A stretch of DNA of 64,000 nt from Acidobacteriota bacterium (GCA_018897435.1 JAHIKI010000030.1:9447-73446), one strand, 5' to 3'. Numbered from the stretch's first letter, positions 1-9,970 are shown. The notes: a model not told the origin generated them from the sequence alone. A program made the numbers and translations.

Positions 1-1119
1 TCCAACAGAAGGTTCTTCTATAGGCATCTTAATGTTGATTTTTTTCATTACTATCGGGAAAGCGCTATCAAGAAGGGTCTCATCGCTTCCCAATCAGGCT
101 ATGATGGTCAATTTTTTTATTTCATGGCCTTTGATCCCTTTCTGAACAAATTCCGGGATCAACCCAGAAGATATTATTTAATTATTGATGAGCCGGCTTA
201 CCGCTTCAGCCGGATCGGTTTCCCCCTGATGACCCATATCTTCTCTTTGGGCAAAGCCGAATTGTTTCCCAAAACCATGATGCTGCTCATCCTCTTCTCT
301 CATTTGTTAGGTATTTTTTTTCTAGTGAAGATCATTATCCATTACGGACGAAATCCTTTATGGGGTTTGTTCTACCTGCTTATCCCCGGTTTTCATGTTT
401 CCCTACATACTGCCCTTCCTGAATCCATCAGCGCGGCTTTTCTACTTGCCGGGCTTTACTATTACATCCGCGAGCGGCCGATTGTAGCGTTGCCCTTTTT
501 CGCCACTTCCATTCTCGTCCGGGAAACGGGAGCATTGCTTGTTTTGCTAATCATCATCTATGAAATATTCAAACATAAAAATATTCACAGAGCTTTGATT
601 TTGATTGGTTCATTTTTTCCCTTTTTGGGATGGAAAATTTTTCTTACCTGGAAACTTTTCCCGTTGTACGGCTGGAAAACACTGGTTTTTAGCCCCGGTG
701 ATTTTACCCTGCCGTTCTCAGGTTTTATAGATTTATATAAGGTTATTCTTCGCGGCGATTATTTCCAGCCAGGGATACTCCCGGGATTTTTTTATCCGCT
801 GTTACTGATTTTAATTTTTGTTTTTGCCTTTTTCTTTTTGAAGGAAAAATGCGATTTTCTAACCCTGGGTCTCTTTTTCTTTTCTTTGCTTTCACTGATT
901 TTGAACTATAAAAAAATCTGGTGCCATGTGGACAACGGCGTCAGAACCACTTATGAAGTTTTTCTTCTATTGATAGTGGTCTTTATCTCCCGAAGGCATG
1001 ATGGTCAACCAAGGTTGAAATACCTATTTTTAGGCTTGTCTGTTTTAATTCTGCTCTATGATTTGTTTTTTTCGCTTCTGGCTTCCAGTTTCAAGGCGGG
1101 TTTTCTCATTTCTCCTTAA
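1..1119 (+). CDS. polytopic integral membrane protein with its N-terminus outside the window (possibly a GT-C-like glycosyltransferase / surface-glycopolymer formation protein)
   Basis: Frame 1 is open from base 1 through the first ATG (124) to TAA at 1117-1119. The product has about 9-10 hydrophobic helices. The in-frame upstream peptide GYDGQFFYFMAFDPF resembles the conserved loop of membrane glycosyltransferase-like families (recollection only). The gene is visibly AT-rich. Confidence 0.5.
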   Translation, partial: SNRRFFYRHLNVDFFHYYRESAIKKGLIASQSGYDGQFFYFMAFDPFLNKFRDQPRRYYLIIDEPAYRFSRIGFPLMTHIFSLGKAELFPKTMMLLILFSHLLGIFFLVKIIIHYGRNPLWGLFYLLIPGFHVSLHTALPESISAAFLLAGLYYYIRERPIVALPFFATSILVRETGALLVLLIIIYEIFKHKNIHRALILIGSFFPFLGWKIFLTWKLFPLYGWKTLVFSPGDFTLPFSGFIDLYKVILRGDYFQPGILPGFFYPLLLILIFVFAFFFLKEKCDFLTLGLFFFSLLSLILNYKKIWCHVDNGVRTTYEVFLLLIVVFISRRHDGQPRLKYLFLGLSVLILLYDLFFSLLASSFKAGFLISP

Positions 1120-1230
1120 TGTACTTTTTCTTAAGAAAAATGTGCTATAATTCGGATCTCTATATGAGATTTTTCCAGATATGAAGCGAGGAGTATCTCC
1201 ATTGCTAGTGCCCCAAACTTTTTTTTAAAG

Positions 1231-3081
1231 ATGCGTAAAAAGGTCAAAGTAGTTTTAATTATTATTTTTATCGTACTTTCCGCTTTATTCGCGAAGAGTT
1301 TATTTTTTAAAAAAGAGCAAGCGAAAGTGATTGATACTGGAGTTGAAGACCGGGACATAACTTACCTGGCTTTTAATGATAAGAATAAAAAAAGCGTTGA
1401 GGTCAAATGCCAAGAGTCATTCACAAAAAGAGATGATGAACTTCACCTGAAGAAGATTTCTGCGGTTATCTACAAAAGCGGTAAGATGAATAAGGATATT
1501 CATTTCTTCAGTGATTGGGGAATTGCCAAAAATGATTTCAATTATTTTCAAATTCAGAAAAATGCCAGAATCATCAGCGAAGATTTTACTATTAACGCTG
1601 AAAGCTTCTTGATGACAAGCAAAAAATATCTTTTTTCCAAGGAGAAGACCTATTTCATCGGGAAAAACATTTCTGGAATAGCCGATAAAGGTATAGAATT
1701 TTTGTTTGAGTTAAATGAATTTAAGATGTTCGAGGTTGTGGGGAAAATTTCAATAAACAACCAAGTATTCGATTTTAAAAGTCGAATATTATGGATGTTT
1801 AAGGAAAAGGAGCGCTTGGAACTCAAGGGAGAAAGTTCAATCAGGACAGTGGATTCACTTTTGTTGGGAGATGAAATTGTCATTCATTTCAGTAATGAAT
1901 TCAGCGATCTGCAATCATATGTTTCTTTGGGAAACAGTTCCCTGCATTCTGAGAAAGACATTTCAGGTAATATTGAGGTTCTAGAGATCAGAGCTAATAC
2001 CATTAACTCTTTTTTTGGCGGTAATGGCAATCTTGAGAGAATCCTTATTTTTGAAAACGGTCGACTCAAGGTTGAAAATCCTTTCAATCGTTGCGAAATC
2101 AGTAGTGACAATATTGACTGTCGCTTATTTCCGCAAACTCAAAATATCAGTCAGATATTTATTCGCACCCCCGGTGAGATCAAAAGCCGCGGTTCGCAAA
2201 ATGTAGATTTTTCTGCACTGAATATTGAGATCAAGTACAGTGAAAAAGGCGACATGCAATACATCAAGGCTGAAAAGAATGTTCAATTCACGCTTGGTGA
2301 CTTCAAAGGTTCAGCACCAAAAATGAAACTTGATGCCGAAAATAGTAGGCTCGATATAGTGGGGAAAGAAGCTGAAATAAAAAACGGCGTCAACCTTTTC
2401 GCCGGGCCATCTTTTATAATTGATACAAAAAAAAATCAAATGTCTGCCCAAAGGGGAGTCAAGGCTACAATCTTCCCAGACAAAGGTAATGTGCTCTTTC
2501 GTCCCTTACCTCTTTATATCACGGCGGACAATTTGGAAATAGGATATAAGGGTAGGAACATCACGTTCAAAAACAAGGTGAAATTATTTCAGGATGAAAT
2601 TGAACTGTCGGCTAGAGAAATTAATTTCAATTACAGAAAAAATCTGATTATTGCCCAAGGGCATGTCAGTCTGAAGTTTGTCAATGGGAACGATGTGTTT
2701 GTTTTGGGGGGGGAGCTGGTATCTTTCGAATCCATAGGACGACAAATCGTGATTCAAGGTGATGCCCAATTGAATCAAGGCGGAAATACGCTGAAGGCTA
2801 AAAAAATCATTCTGCATTTTGTTCGTGATGAACGTCTGCAAAATATTTCTGCTCAGGACGACATTTTATTCGCCACTGACAAGATTTTTGGAAAATCACA
2901 GTTGTTGAGTTGGCAATTTGATAAAAAATTGCTGGTGTTTAAAAACGAAGCCCAAATCAGCAATAAAAACTCCGGGACAACCAGGGGGCAGGAATTGTTG
3001 TTCGATTTAAGCAGCAATGAAATCTCGGTTTCAAGCGCCGATGACCGTTCCGAAACGGTCATAAGGCAGGAAACGCCTTAA
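1231..3081 (+). CDS. membrane-anchored OstA/LptA-LptC-like beta-jellyroll repeat protein (function uncertain)
   Basis: The N-terminus is KK-rich followed by a hydrophobic anchor (VVLIIIFIVLSALFA). The rest is long, Asn/Lys-rich and beta-strand-like, with segments resembling OstA-type strands (AQGHVSLKF, GNTLKAKKIILHF). The family call was made by eye only. Confidence 0.45.
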   Translation: MRKKVKVVLIIIFIVLSALFAKSLFFKKEQAKVIDTGVEDRDITYLAFNDKNKKSVEVKCQESFTKRDDELHLKKISAVIYKSGKMNKDIHFFSDWGIAKNDFNYFQIQKNARIISEDFTINAESFLMTSKKYLFSKEKTYFIGKNISGIADKGIEFLFELNEFKMFEVVGKISINNQVFDFKSRILWMFKEKERLELKGESSIRTVDSLLLGDEIVIHFSNEFSDLQSYVSLGNSSLHSEKDISGNIEVLEIRANTINSFFGGNGNLERILIFENGRLKVENPFNRCEISSDNIDCRLFPQTQNISQIFIRTPGEIKSRGSQNVDFSALNIEIKYSEKGDMQYIKAEKNVQFTLGDFKGSAPKMKLDAENSRLDIVGKEAEIKNGVNLFAGPSFIIDTKKNQMSAQRGVKATIFPDKGNVLFRPLPLYITADNLEIGYKGRNITFKNKVKLFQDEIELSAREINFNYRKNLIIAQGHVSLKFVNGNDVFVLGGELVSFESIGRQIVIQGDAQLNQGGNTLKAKKIILHFVRDERLQNISAQDDILFATDKIFGKSQLLSWQFDKKLLVFKNEAQISNKNSGTTRGQELLFDLSSNEISVSSADDRSETVIRQETP

Positions 3082-3107
3082 GCCGCGATTCTTACCGTGC
3101 CTGCACC

Positions 3108-3539
3108 TTGATTTTGTATTTGCTTATGATTATGATATCCTTGATATCAGCTTTGTTTCGTAATAAAAGAAAGAATGAAGAAAAAAAAATATTGGTTGTG
3201 GATGATGAAATGAATATCCGTGAGCTGCTGGCCGATTTTTTCACTTCCATGAAAATCGGCTGTGATGCGGTCAGCAATGCCACGCGAGCGCTGTCCCTGC
3301 TTTCCCAAAACAGCTATTTTCTGATCTTTCTCGACTACAACCTTGAAAAAGAAATAGCTCCGGATGTGGTTGGGCGCATCAGGGTCAACAGCGGAAACAC
3401 CCCGATTGTCCTGCTGACCGGATCCCAGGAGGTGGAAGCAGGAGAAATAGCAAAATTGGGCGTGGCTGATTTGATCTACAAACCTTTCAAATTCGATAGG
3501 GTAATGGCAGTTGTCAACCGTTATTTGGAGAGCAAATGA
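3108..3539 (+). CDS. stand-alone CheY-like response-regulator receiver protein
   Basis: Receiver motifs are present: KILVVDDE (acidic pocket), FLIFLDYNL (phospho-Asp), VLLTGS (Thr) and IYKPF (Lys). There is no output domain. The start is uncertain (TTG 3108, ATG 3126 or ATG 3132). The stop overlaps the next start (ATGA at 3536-3539). Confidence 0.8.
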   Translation: MILYLLMIMISLISALFRNKRKNEEKKILVVDDEMNIRELLADFFTSMKIGCDAVSNATRALSLLSQNSYFLIFLDYNLEKEIAPDVVGRIRVNSGNTPIVLLTGSQEVEAGEIAKLGVADLIYKPFKFDRVMAVVNRYLESK

Positions 3540-5314
3540 AAAGAAGCATCCTGCTGATTGTCAGTCTGGGCTTGTCGTGTTGGTTGCTGGCGACCGATAT
3601 CATGAAGTTGTCGGAGATCAGGACCGGAATGGAAGGCGAGGGCAAAACCATTTTTAAAGGCAGCAATATTGAAACCTTCAAATTCAAGGTACTGGGCATC
3701 CTTGACAAGTTTGTTTCCGATAAAAACCTGATCATCGCCGAACTTTTCGCCCCGGAGTTGAATGAAGGCGGGGTCATTGCCGGCATGAGCGGCAGTCCCG
3801 TCTATATCAATGGCAAACTCATCGGTTCCGTGTCCTACGGTTTGAGCAATTTTTCAAAAAAACCGATCGCCGGTATCACGCCGATCGAGGATATTCTGAA
3901 AATTTCCGCTTACGGCGGTCCTGTAGCCAATGTGGAGATTTCCGATATCAAGATCGATTTCAGCAAGGAGAATGTCAAGCGCCTGGCTGAAGCCATTCAC
4001 AACGAACTGGTCAGCCGCATGAGTTTCTCGCCGGCGCGCAACCTGACGCCGATAAAGCTTTTTGCCAGCAGCAGTGGTTTCTGTCCGCAAGCGGTCCACG
4101 TTCTGCAGGGAATATTCGTACCGCTTCAGAATCTGGGCATCGGCGCCGCAGTGGACAAAAAAAAATTAAGCCCTGAAATGTTCACTGTGCGCCCGGCCGA
4201 CGCGGTCTCCATTCCGCTCATTCGCGGCGATGCCTCTTATGCCGCCACCGGCACGGTGACCCACGTCGACGGCAAGAAGGTGTATATTTTCGGACACCCT
4301 TTTTTCAACCTGGGCACGGTGGAATTCCCCTTGCACCGGGCCGAAGTCATTTCGGTCGTTCCTTCCTATGAGAGTTCCTTCAAGCTGGCCACCACGCGGA
4401 ACATGGTGGGTACCGTTCAGCAGGACCGTTTTTCAGGAGTTCTGGCCGAGCTGGGGAAAACCCCTTACATGATCCCCCTGAAGATTTTCCTGAAAAACCG
4501 CAACCGCAATTTCAACCTGGAAGTGGTCAACCACCCGCTGCTGACCCCGACCTTGACCTATATTTCGCTGCTGAATGCCCTGTTGGCCGAGTTCCAGGAA
4601 TTCGGTTTCCAATCAATTTCCGTCACTGGAAAAATCTTCATTGAAAATGAAGAGAATGTGGTTTTGAACGACCTGTTCAGCGGCACCACGGCTTTCGACG
4701 AATTCTCGACCTTGGTCATGGCCATCAATTATTTCTTATTGAACAACCAGGAAAAAAACATAAAAATCCAAAAAATGGATTTTGAGATCAGCGGCCGGGA
4801 GACTATCAAAAAAGCCCAGTTGGAAAACGTCCTGATAAACAAAAACTCTTACCTGCCTGGAGAACTGATGGATATTCGCATGAAATTAAAAAATGAAAAG
4901 GGCGACAATTTTGAGGAACAAATCACCATCAAGGCGCCCAACCTGAAGCCGGGTTCGGTTTTTTACCTGTTGGTAGCGGATGCAGGCGAGGTGACCGATT
5001 TCGACACCAAAGCCATCAAGACCGCCTATTTTCCGACCAAACTGAGCGCACTGATCCGGGCCATCAACAATATCCGCAGGAACAACCGCATTTACCTGAA
5101 AATATTCGTTCCCGCCCAGGGGATATTCATCAAAGGGTTTGAATATTCCTACCTGCCTTCAAGCATTAGCAATGTCCTGTTATACAATTCACTGGCCAAG
5201 GATCAAGCCAATATGGCGCTGTCCACTATTGCCGAATATCAGTATGAAGTGCCGGCGGTGGTGAGCGGAAAAAAAATCTACAAGTTGGTCATCAAAGAGA
5301 GGAAAAATGAATAG
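3536..5314 (+). CDS. exported peptidase S55 (SpoIVB-like) family serine protease homolog
   Basis: The N-terminus is signal-like. GGVIAGMSGSPVYINGKLIG (GMSGSP is encoded at 3782-3799) matches the SpoIVB catalytic-Ser motif. A later segment, GTVTHVDGKKVYIFGHPF (His codon at 4295-4297), resembles the SpoIVB His region. Confidence 0.65.
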   Translation: MKRSILLIVSLGLSCWLLATDIMKLSEIRTGMEGEGKTIFKGSNIETFKFKVLGILDKFVSDKNLIIAELFAPELNEGGVIAGMSGSPVYINGKLIGSVSYGLSNFSKKPIAGITPIEDILKISAYGGPVANVEISDIKIDFSKENVKRLAEAIHNELVSRMSFSPARNLTPIKLFASSSGFCPQAVHVLQGIFVPLQNLGIGAAVDKKKLSPEMFTVRPADAVSIPLIRGDASYAATGTVTHVDGKKVYIFGHPFFNLGTVEFPLHRAEVISVVPSYESSFKLATTRNMVGTVQQDRFSGVLAELGKTPYMIPLKIFLKNRNRNFNLEVVNHPLLTPTLTYISLLNALLAEFQEFGFQSISVTGKIFIENEENVVLNDLFSGTTAFDEFSTLVMAINYFLLNNQEKNIKIQKMDFEISGRETIKKAQLENVLINKNSYLPGELMDIRMKLKNEKGDNFEEQITIKAPNLKPGSVFYLLVADAGEVTDFDTKAIKTAYFPTKLSALIRAINNIRRNNRIYLKIFVPAQGIFIKGFEYSYLPSSISNVLLYNSLAKDQANMALSTIAEYQYEVPAVVSGKKIYKLVIKERKNE

Positions 5315-7316
5315 CAAAGCGCTTGTTTTCATTGTTGCCCTTGCCCTGGGCGCCGGTCTGGAAGCGGTCAATGTCAAGCAGATCGAAAAAAAGGATCTGG
5401 CAGATTTCCAAAAAGGGAGCTTCATCAATGTCAGCATTGACAATGCCGGCAGGTTGTTTTTGGGTCCCAAACTGAAGACCGTACCGGGTCCGGCCGAAGA
5501 ATTTTATCTGGCCGCCGCTAAGGCCAAAAATGGAGATCTTTACCTGGGAACCGGCCACAACGCGTCAGTATACAGAATTACCCCGAACGGTGAGACTGAA
5601 GTGGTTTTCAAGGGAGAGCAGCTGGATGTCTATGCCCTGCTGGTGGCCGGTAATGGCGATGTGATCGCCGGAACGTCCCCCAATGGCCGGGTATATCGGA
5701 TTTCCAAGGAGAACAAGGTCAGTGAATTGTTCAATCCCGAAGAAAAATTCATCTGGGATCTGGCCGAAGACAAGCAAGGCAACATCATCTGCGCTCTGGG
5801 CAATACTGGTGCCGTTTATAGCATCAGCAAAGTCGGTACAGCGGAGAACCTCTTTATGGCCGAAGATTCGCACATCATCAGCCTGCATGTCACCCAGGAC
5901 AACGCCATACTGGCCGGCAGCGGCGACCGCGGGATTCTCTACGAAATAAAAAACCGCAAGGTCAAAGTCCTGTTCGATTCCCCCCTGGAAGAGATCAAGG
6001 GCATCGCTACAGACAATGATGGCAATGTCTTTTTCGCTGCGGTCAGGAGTGTTCCGCTTTCATCAGTAACCAAAGAGATTGAAATCGGTTCGGTTTTTCC
6101 CAAAAGTGAAAAAACCGAAAAAGAAAAAATCAAGGAAAAGAGCATCCTGTACTGCCTGCAAGCCGATGGTACCGTTGAAGCCATCTGGTCGTCTCAGGAC
6201 GAATTTATTTACTCTCTGTATTTTGATCCAACCACCAAGGCGGCCATAATCGGTACCGGCAACTCCGGCCGCGTTTACCGCGTCGACAAGCAGGGCGACT
6301 TTTCCCAGGTCTGCGAAACCAATTCAGCCCAGATCTTCAAAATCATAGCCAACGGCAAAGGCTATTTTTTGATCGCCAACAACACGGCAGGTATTATCCA
6401 GGTTGAAAACAGCCTGAATGCCAGTGGCACCTATTTCTCTGAAATTTTCGATGCCCGCATCCCATCCCGCTTTGGCCGCCTTACCTGGAATGCTGATCCC
6501 GGTAAACAAGCGTCGGTATCTTTCGCGGCAAGAATGGGAAATTCCGACAATCCGGACAAGTCATGGACGAGTTGGTCAGCCCCGTTCAACGACCCGGAAA
6601 ATTCGAAGATCAATGCCAACGGTTACCGTTTCCTGCAGGTAAAAATCGTGCTCAGTTCCGCCAATCCTACAGAGACCCCTTACTTGCAAGGCTATCGGAT
6701 CCACTACCTGGTCAACAACCTGAAACCGGAGATAGGCCAGATCATGGTGCAGAAGCCCAGCGAAGAAAAACCGGTCGCCGATACTACCCCTCCGAGAAAG
6801 TACCTGTACGTTTCCTGGGAGGCGAACGACCCCAATCAGGACCGCTTGAATTTCAATCTGTTTTTAAAAAAACTTCCCGACAGCGATTGGGTGTCGCTGG
6901 GCAACAATGTCAAGGAAAAATGGCTGTACCTCGACAGCGAACTTTTCGCTGACGGTAAATACCTTTTAAAAGTGCAGGCTGACGACGGCCTGGATAACAC
7001 GCCGGCCTGGATCAAGACCGCCAGCAAAATATCTTTTCCTTTTGTCATCGACTCCACGGCCCCGCTCCTGTCTGAATTCAACTTTGCCGGCGGCACTATC
7101 AGTTTTACGGCCAGTGATGAGTCTTCGTCGCTCCATCTGGTCAGTTATTCATTGGACGGCAAGGACTGGTACCCGGTTTTTCCCGAAGACATGGTCACCG
7201 ATTCCAAAGTGGAAAAATTTAAATTTGTACTGAACAACCCGAAACAATCCCGGGTGTTGTTCGTCAAGGTCGTCGACGAGTTCGCTAATTATAAAGTATT
7301 CCAAAAATCCATTTAG
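5307..7316 (+). CDS. secreted beta-propeller-like repeat protein with a C-terminal Ig/FN3-like region (function unknown)
   Basis: ATG 5307 overlaps the upstream stop by 8 nt (ATGAATAG). The signal peptide is MNSKALVFIVALALGAGLEA. Blade-like units of ~40 aa recur (..GRVYRIS.., ..GAVYSIS.., ..GILYEIK.., ..GRVYRVD..). Confidence 0.6.
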   Translation: MNSKALVFIVALALGAGLEAVNVKQIEKKDLADFQKGSFINVSIDNAGRLFLGPKLKTVPGPAEEFYLAAAKAKNGDLYLGTGHNASVYRITPNGETEVVFKGEQLDVYALLVAGNGDVIAGTSPNGRVYRISKENKVSELFNPEEKFIWDLAEDKQGNIICALGNTGAVYSISKVGTAENLFMAEDSHIISLHVTQDNAILAGSGDRGILYEIKNRKVKVLFDSPLEEIKGIATDNDGNVFFAAVRSVPLSSVTKEIEIGSVFPKSEKTEKEKIKEKSILYCLQADGTVEAIWSSQDEFIYSLYFDPTTKAAIIGTGNSGRVYRVDKQGDFSQVCETNSAQIFKIIANGKGYFLIANNTAGIIQVENSLNASGTYFSEIFDARIPSRFGRLTWNADPGKQASVSFAARMGNSDNPDKSWTSWSAPFNDPENSKINANGYRFLQVKIVLSSANPTETPYLQGYRIHYLVNNLKPEIGQIMVQKPSEEKPVADTTPPRKYLYVSWEANDPNQDRLNFNLFLKKLPDSDWVSLGNNVKEKWLYLDSELFADGKYLLKVQADDGLDNTPAWIKTASKISFPFVIDSTAPLLSEFNFAGGTISFTASDESSSLHLVSYSLDGKDWYPVFPEDMVTDSKVEKFKFVLNNPKQSRVLFVKVVDEFANYKVFQKSI

Positions 7317-7325
7317 GAGGGCCAT

Positions 7326-7883
7326 TTGCCAGAAGCAAAAAAAATTTCTACGCCTTTAACGGATGAAATGATCGCCCAGTTGAAGGCCGGAGACAATGTC
7401 CTCATCAACGGCACCATCTATACCGGCCGTGATGCCGCCCATAAAAAATTGGCCGATCTGATCGCCGGCGGGGCCGCGCTGCCGTTCGACCTGCGCGGGC
7501 AGATCATTTTTTATGTGGGTCCCACTCCGGCCAGGCCCGGGAATCCGATCGGCTCTGCCGGTCCGACCACCAGCTACCGCATGGATGCCTACGCTGCCAA
7601 GCTGCATGAACTTGGCTTGAAGGCTTCTATCGGGAAAGGGTCGCGCCATGCCGAAGTGAAGGACTCTCTGAAAAAATTCAAAGCGGTCTACATGGCCGTG
7701 ACCGGTGGCGCCGCCGCCCTGGTCTCCAAATGCATCAAGAAAGCCGAAGTGGTCGCTTATCCGGAACTTGGTCCCGAAGCCATTCAAAGGCTGGAGGTGG
7801 AAAATTTTCCGGCCCAGGTGATCAACGACATGTATGGCGGGGATATATATGAGGAGGGCCGCAGGCAATACGAGAGGAACTAG
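7326..7883 (+). CDS. Fe-S hydro-lyase beta-type subunit (class I fumarate hydratase beta / L-tartrate dehydratase beta domain)
   Basis: The start is TTG. PLTDEMIAQLKAGDNVLINGTIYTGRDAAHKKL and GPTTSYRMD match the C-terminal (beta) domain of class I fumarases / TtdB. No alpha subunit is adjacent. Confidence 0.75.
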   Translation: MPEAKKISTPLTDEMIAQLKAGDNVLINGTIYTGRDAAHKKLADLIAGGAALPFDLRGQIIFYVGPTPARPGNPIGSAGPTTSYRMDAYAAKLHELGLKASIGKGSRHAEVKDSLKKFKAVYMAVTGGAAALVSKCIKKAEVVAYPELGPEAIQRLEVENFPAQVINDMYGGDIYEEGRRQYERN

Positions 7884-7892
7884 GAGCGACCC

Positions 7893-9056
7893 ATGAAAAT
7901 CCATGAGTATCAGGCCAAGGAACTTTTTAAAAGTTGCGGCGTCCCTGTCCCCCGGGGTGAGGCGGCCGACACGGCCGAGAAAGCGCTGACGATTGCGGAA
8001 AGGCTGGGCTATCCTTGTGTGATCAAGGCCCAGGTGCACGCCGGCGGCCGCGGCAAGGCCGGGGGCATTCAGCTGGTCAGAAACCGTTCCGAGGCGGAAA
8101 AGCACATCGGTCGCATCCTGGGCATGACCCTGGTCAGCCACCAGACCGGCCCCGAGGGCAAGTTGGTCAGGAAACTGTTGGTCGAAAAGGGATTGGACAT
8201 CATCAAGGAGTTTTACCTGGCGATTATTATCGACCGCGAAGAGGAGATGCCGGTCATCATCGCTTCCTCCCAGGGTGGTATGGAGATCGAAAGCGTGGCC
8301 CGCGACCATCCGCAGGCCATTTTTAAAATGCACGTGCATCCGGTCACTGGGCTTTCCGCCTGCCATATCCGCAACCTGGCGTTCAAACTGGATCTGAGCA
8401 AAGTCCAGCAGCAGAATTTCTCGAACCTGCTGACCAACCTGTATGAACTGTTCTTGAAAAATGACGCGTCGCTGGTGGAGATCAACCCGCTGATCGTCAC
8501 GGCAAATGATGAAGTGTTGGCCCTGGACGCCAAGATCAATTTCGACGATAACGCCCTTTACCGCCACCCCGACATCGCGGCCTGGCGCGATGTTTACGAA
8601 GAAGAGCCCCTGGAGGTGGAAGCCTCGAAATTTGAACTGAATTACATCCGTCTGGACGGCAATATCGGCTGCATGGTCAATGGCGCCGGCCTGGCCATGG
8701 CCACCATGGATATCATCAAGTTTTACGGTGGTGAACCGGCGAATTTCCTTGATGTCGGCGGCGCCACGTCCGTGGAAAAGGTGAAGGAGGCTTTCAATAT
8801 CCTGTTGGCCGATAAAAATGTGCGGGCCGTGTTCGTTAATATTTTCGGCGGCATCGTGCGCACTGACCTGGTAGCCAACGGCATCGTTTACGCGGCCAAA
8901 GGCCTGGATATCAAGATCCCAATCGTCATCCGCCTGGTAGGGACCAATGAGGAAGAGGGCATGAGGATTTTAGGCGAATCGCAACTGAATTTCGTCACCG
9001 AGAACGTGCTGGCCGATGCGGTGCGCCGTGTGGTCGAGCTGGCCAAAGGAGATTGA
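7893..9056 (+). CDS. sucC: succinyl-CoA synthetase beta subunit
   Basis: The N-terminus [20 protein letters not shown] is typical of SucC. An ATP-grasp domain and a CoA-ligase domain are present ([15 protein letters not shown]). sucD follows immediately. Confidence 0.95.
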   Translation: MKIHEYQAKELFKSCGVPVPRGEAADTAEKALTIAERLGYPCVIKAQVHAGGRGKAGGIQLVRNRSEAEKHIGRILGMTLVSHQTGPEGKLVRKLLVEKGLDIIKEFYLAIIIDREEEMPVIIASSQGGMEIESVARDHPQAIFKMHVHPVTGLSACHIRNLAFKLDLSKVQQQNFSNLLTNLYELFLKNDASLVEINPLIVTANDEVLALDAKINFDDNALYRHPDIAAWRDVYEEEPLEVEASKFELNYIRLDGNIGCMVNGAGLAMATMDIIKFYGGEPANFLDVGGATSVEKVKEAFNILLADKNVRAVFVNIFGGIVRTDLVANGIVYAAKGLDIKIPIVIRLVGTNEEEGMRILGESQLNFVTENVLADAVRRVVELAKGD

Positions 9057-9058
9057 AC

Positions 9059-9928
9059 ATGTCCATTCTGATCAATCAGGATTCCCGGGTGATCGTCCAG
9101 GGATTCACCGGGCGCGAAGGTACTTTTCATGCCACCCAGATGATCGAATATGGCACGAGCATCGTCGGCGGCATTACCCCGAACAAAGGCGGGCAGATCC
9201 ACCTGGATAAACCGGTTTTCAATACGGTGGAAGAAGCGGTCAAGGAAACGGCGGCCGATGTATCTGTCATTTTTGTGCCGGCGCCCTTTGCCGCCGATGC
9301 CATCATCGAGGCCGCCCTGGCCGGGATCGCCTTGATCGTCTGCATCAGCGAGGGCATTCCGGTGCTGGACATGGTCAAAGTGAAGCATTTCCTCCGCAGC
9401 ACCTCATCGCGCCTGATCGGGCCGAACTGCCCTGGGATCATCTCTCCCGGCAAATGCAAGGTCGGGATCATGCCTTCTCGGATCCACAGTCCTGGTAAGG
9501 TAGGTATTATCTCGCGCTCCGGGACCTTGACCTATGTTGCGGTGGACCAGATCACGCGAGAGAACCTGGGCCAGTCCACCGGCATCGGCATCGGCGGCGA
9601 TCCGATAATCGGCACGACCTTTGTTGAAGCTCTGCAACTGTTCAAGGACGATGAGCAGACCGAAGCAGTGGTCATGATCGGCGAGATCGGCGGCACGCTG
9701 GAAGAAGAGGCGGCGGCCTACATCGGCAAAAATTTCAACAAGCCGGTCGTCTCTTTCATTGCCGGCCAGACCGCTCCGCCCGGGAGGCGTATGGGACATG
9801 CCGGAGCGATTATCTCCGGCGGTTGTGGCACTGCGGCCGAAAAAATGGCGGTCCTGAAAAAAAACGGCGTGCACGTGGTGGAAAATCCGGCCGAGATCGG
9901 AGCTACCGTAAAGAAAATCCTGGGCTGA
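9059..9928 (+). CDS. sucD: succinyl-CoA synthetase alpha subunit
   Basis: [24 protein letters not shown], the MGHAGAI phosphohistidine loop and an AAGGAG SD 8 nt upstream of ATG 9059 all support the call. The ORF track's TTG at 9053 is less likely. Confidence 0.95.
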   Translation: MSILINQDSRVIVQGFTGREGTFHATQMIEYGTSIVGGITPNKGGQIHLDKPVFNTVEEAVKETAADVSVIFVPAPFAADAIIEAALAGIALIVCISEGIPVLDMVKVKHFLRSTSSRLIGPNCPGIISPGKCKVGIMPSRIHSPGKVGIISRSGTLTYVAVDQITRENLGQSTGIGIGGDPIIGTTFVEALQLFKDDEQTEAVVMIGEIGGTLEEEAAAYIGKNFNKPVVSFIAGQTAPPGRRMGHAGAIISGGCGTAAEKMAVLKKNGVHVVENPAEIGATVKKILG

Positions 9929-9970
9929 GAAGAAAAGCGGCCGCAGGGAATTATCATAGGGGGGTATAAA

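Noticed and set aside
7356-8567. A 403-aa minus-strand ORF.
   Set aside because: It lies antisense to, and in codon register with, the fumarase-beta gene and sucC, both confidently identified. Its composition is typical of shadow ORFs.
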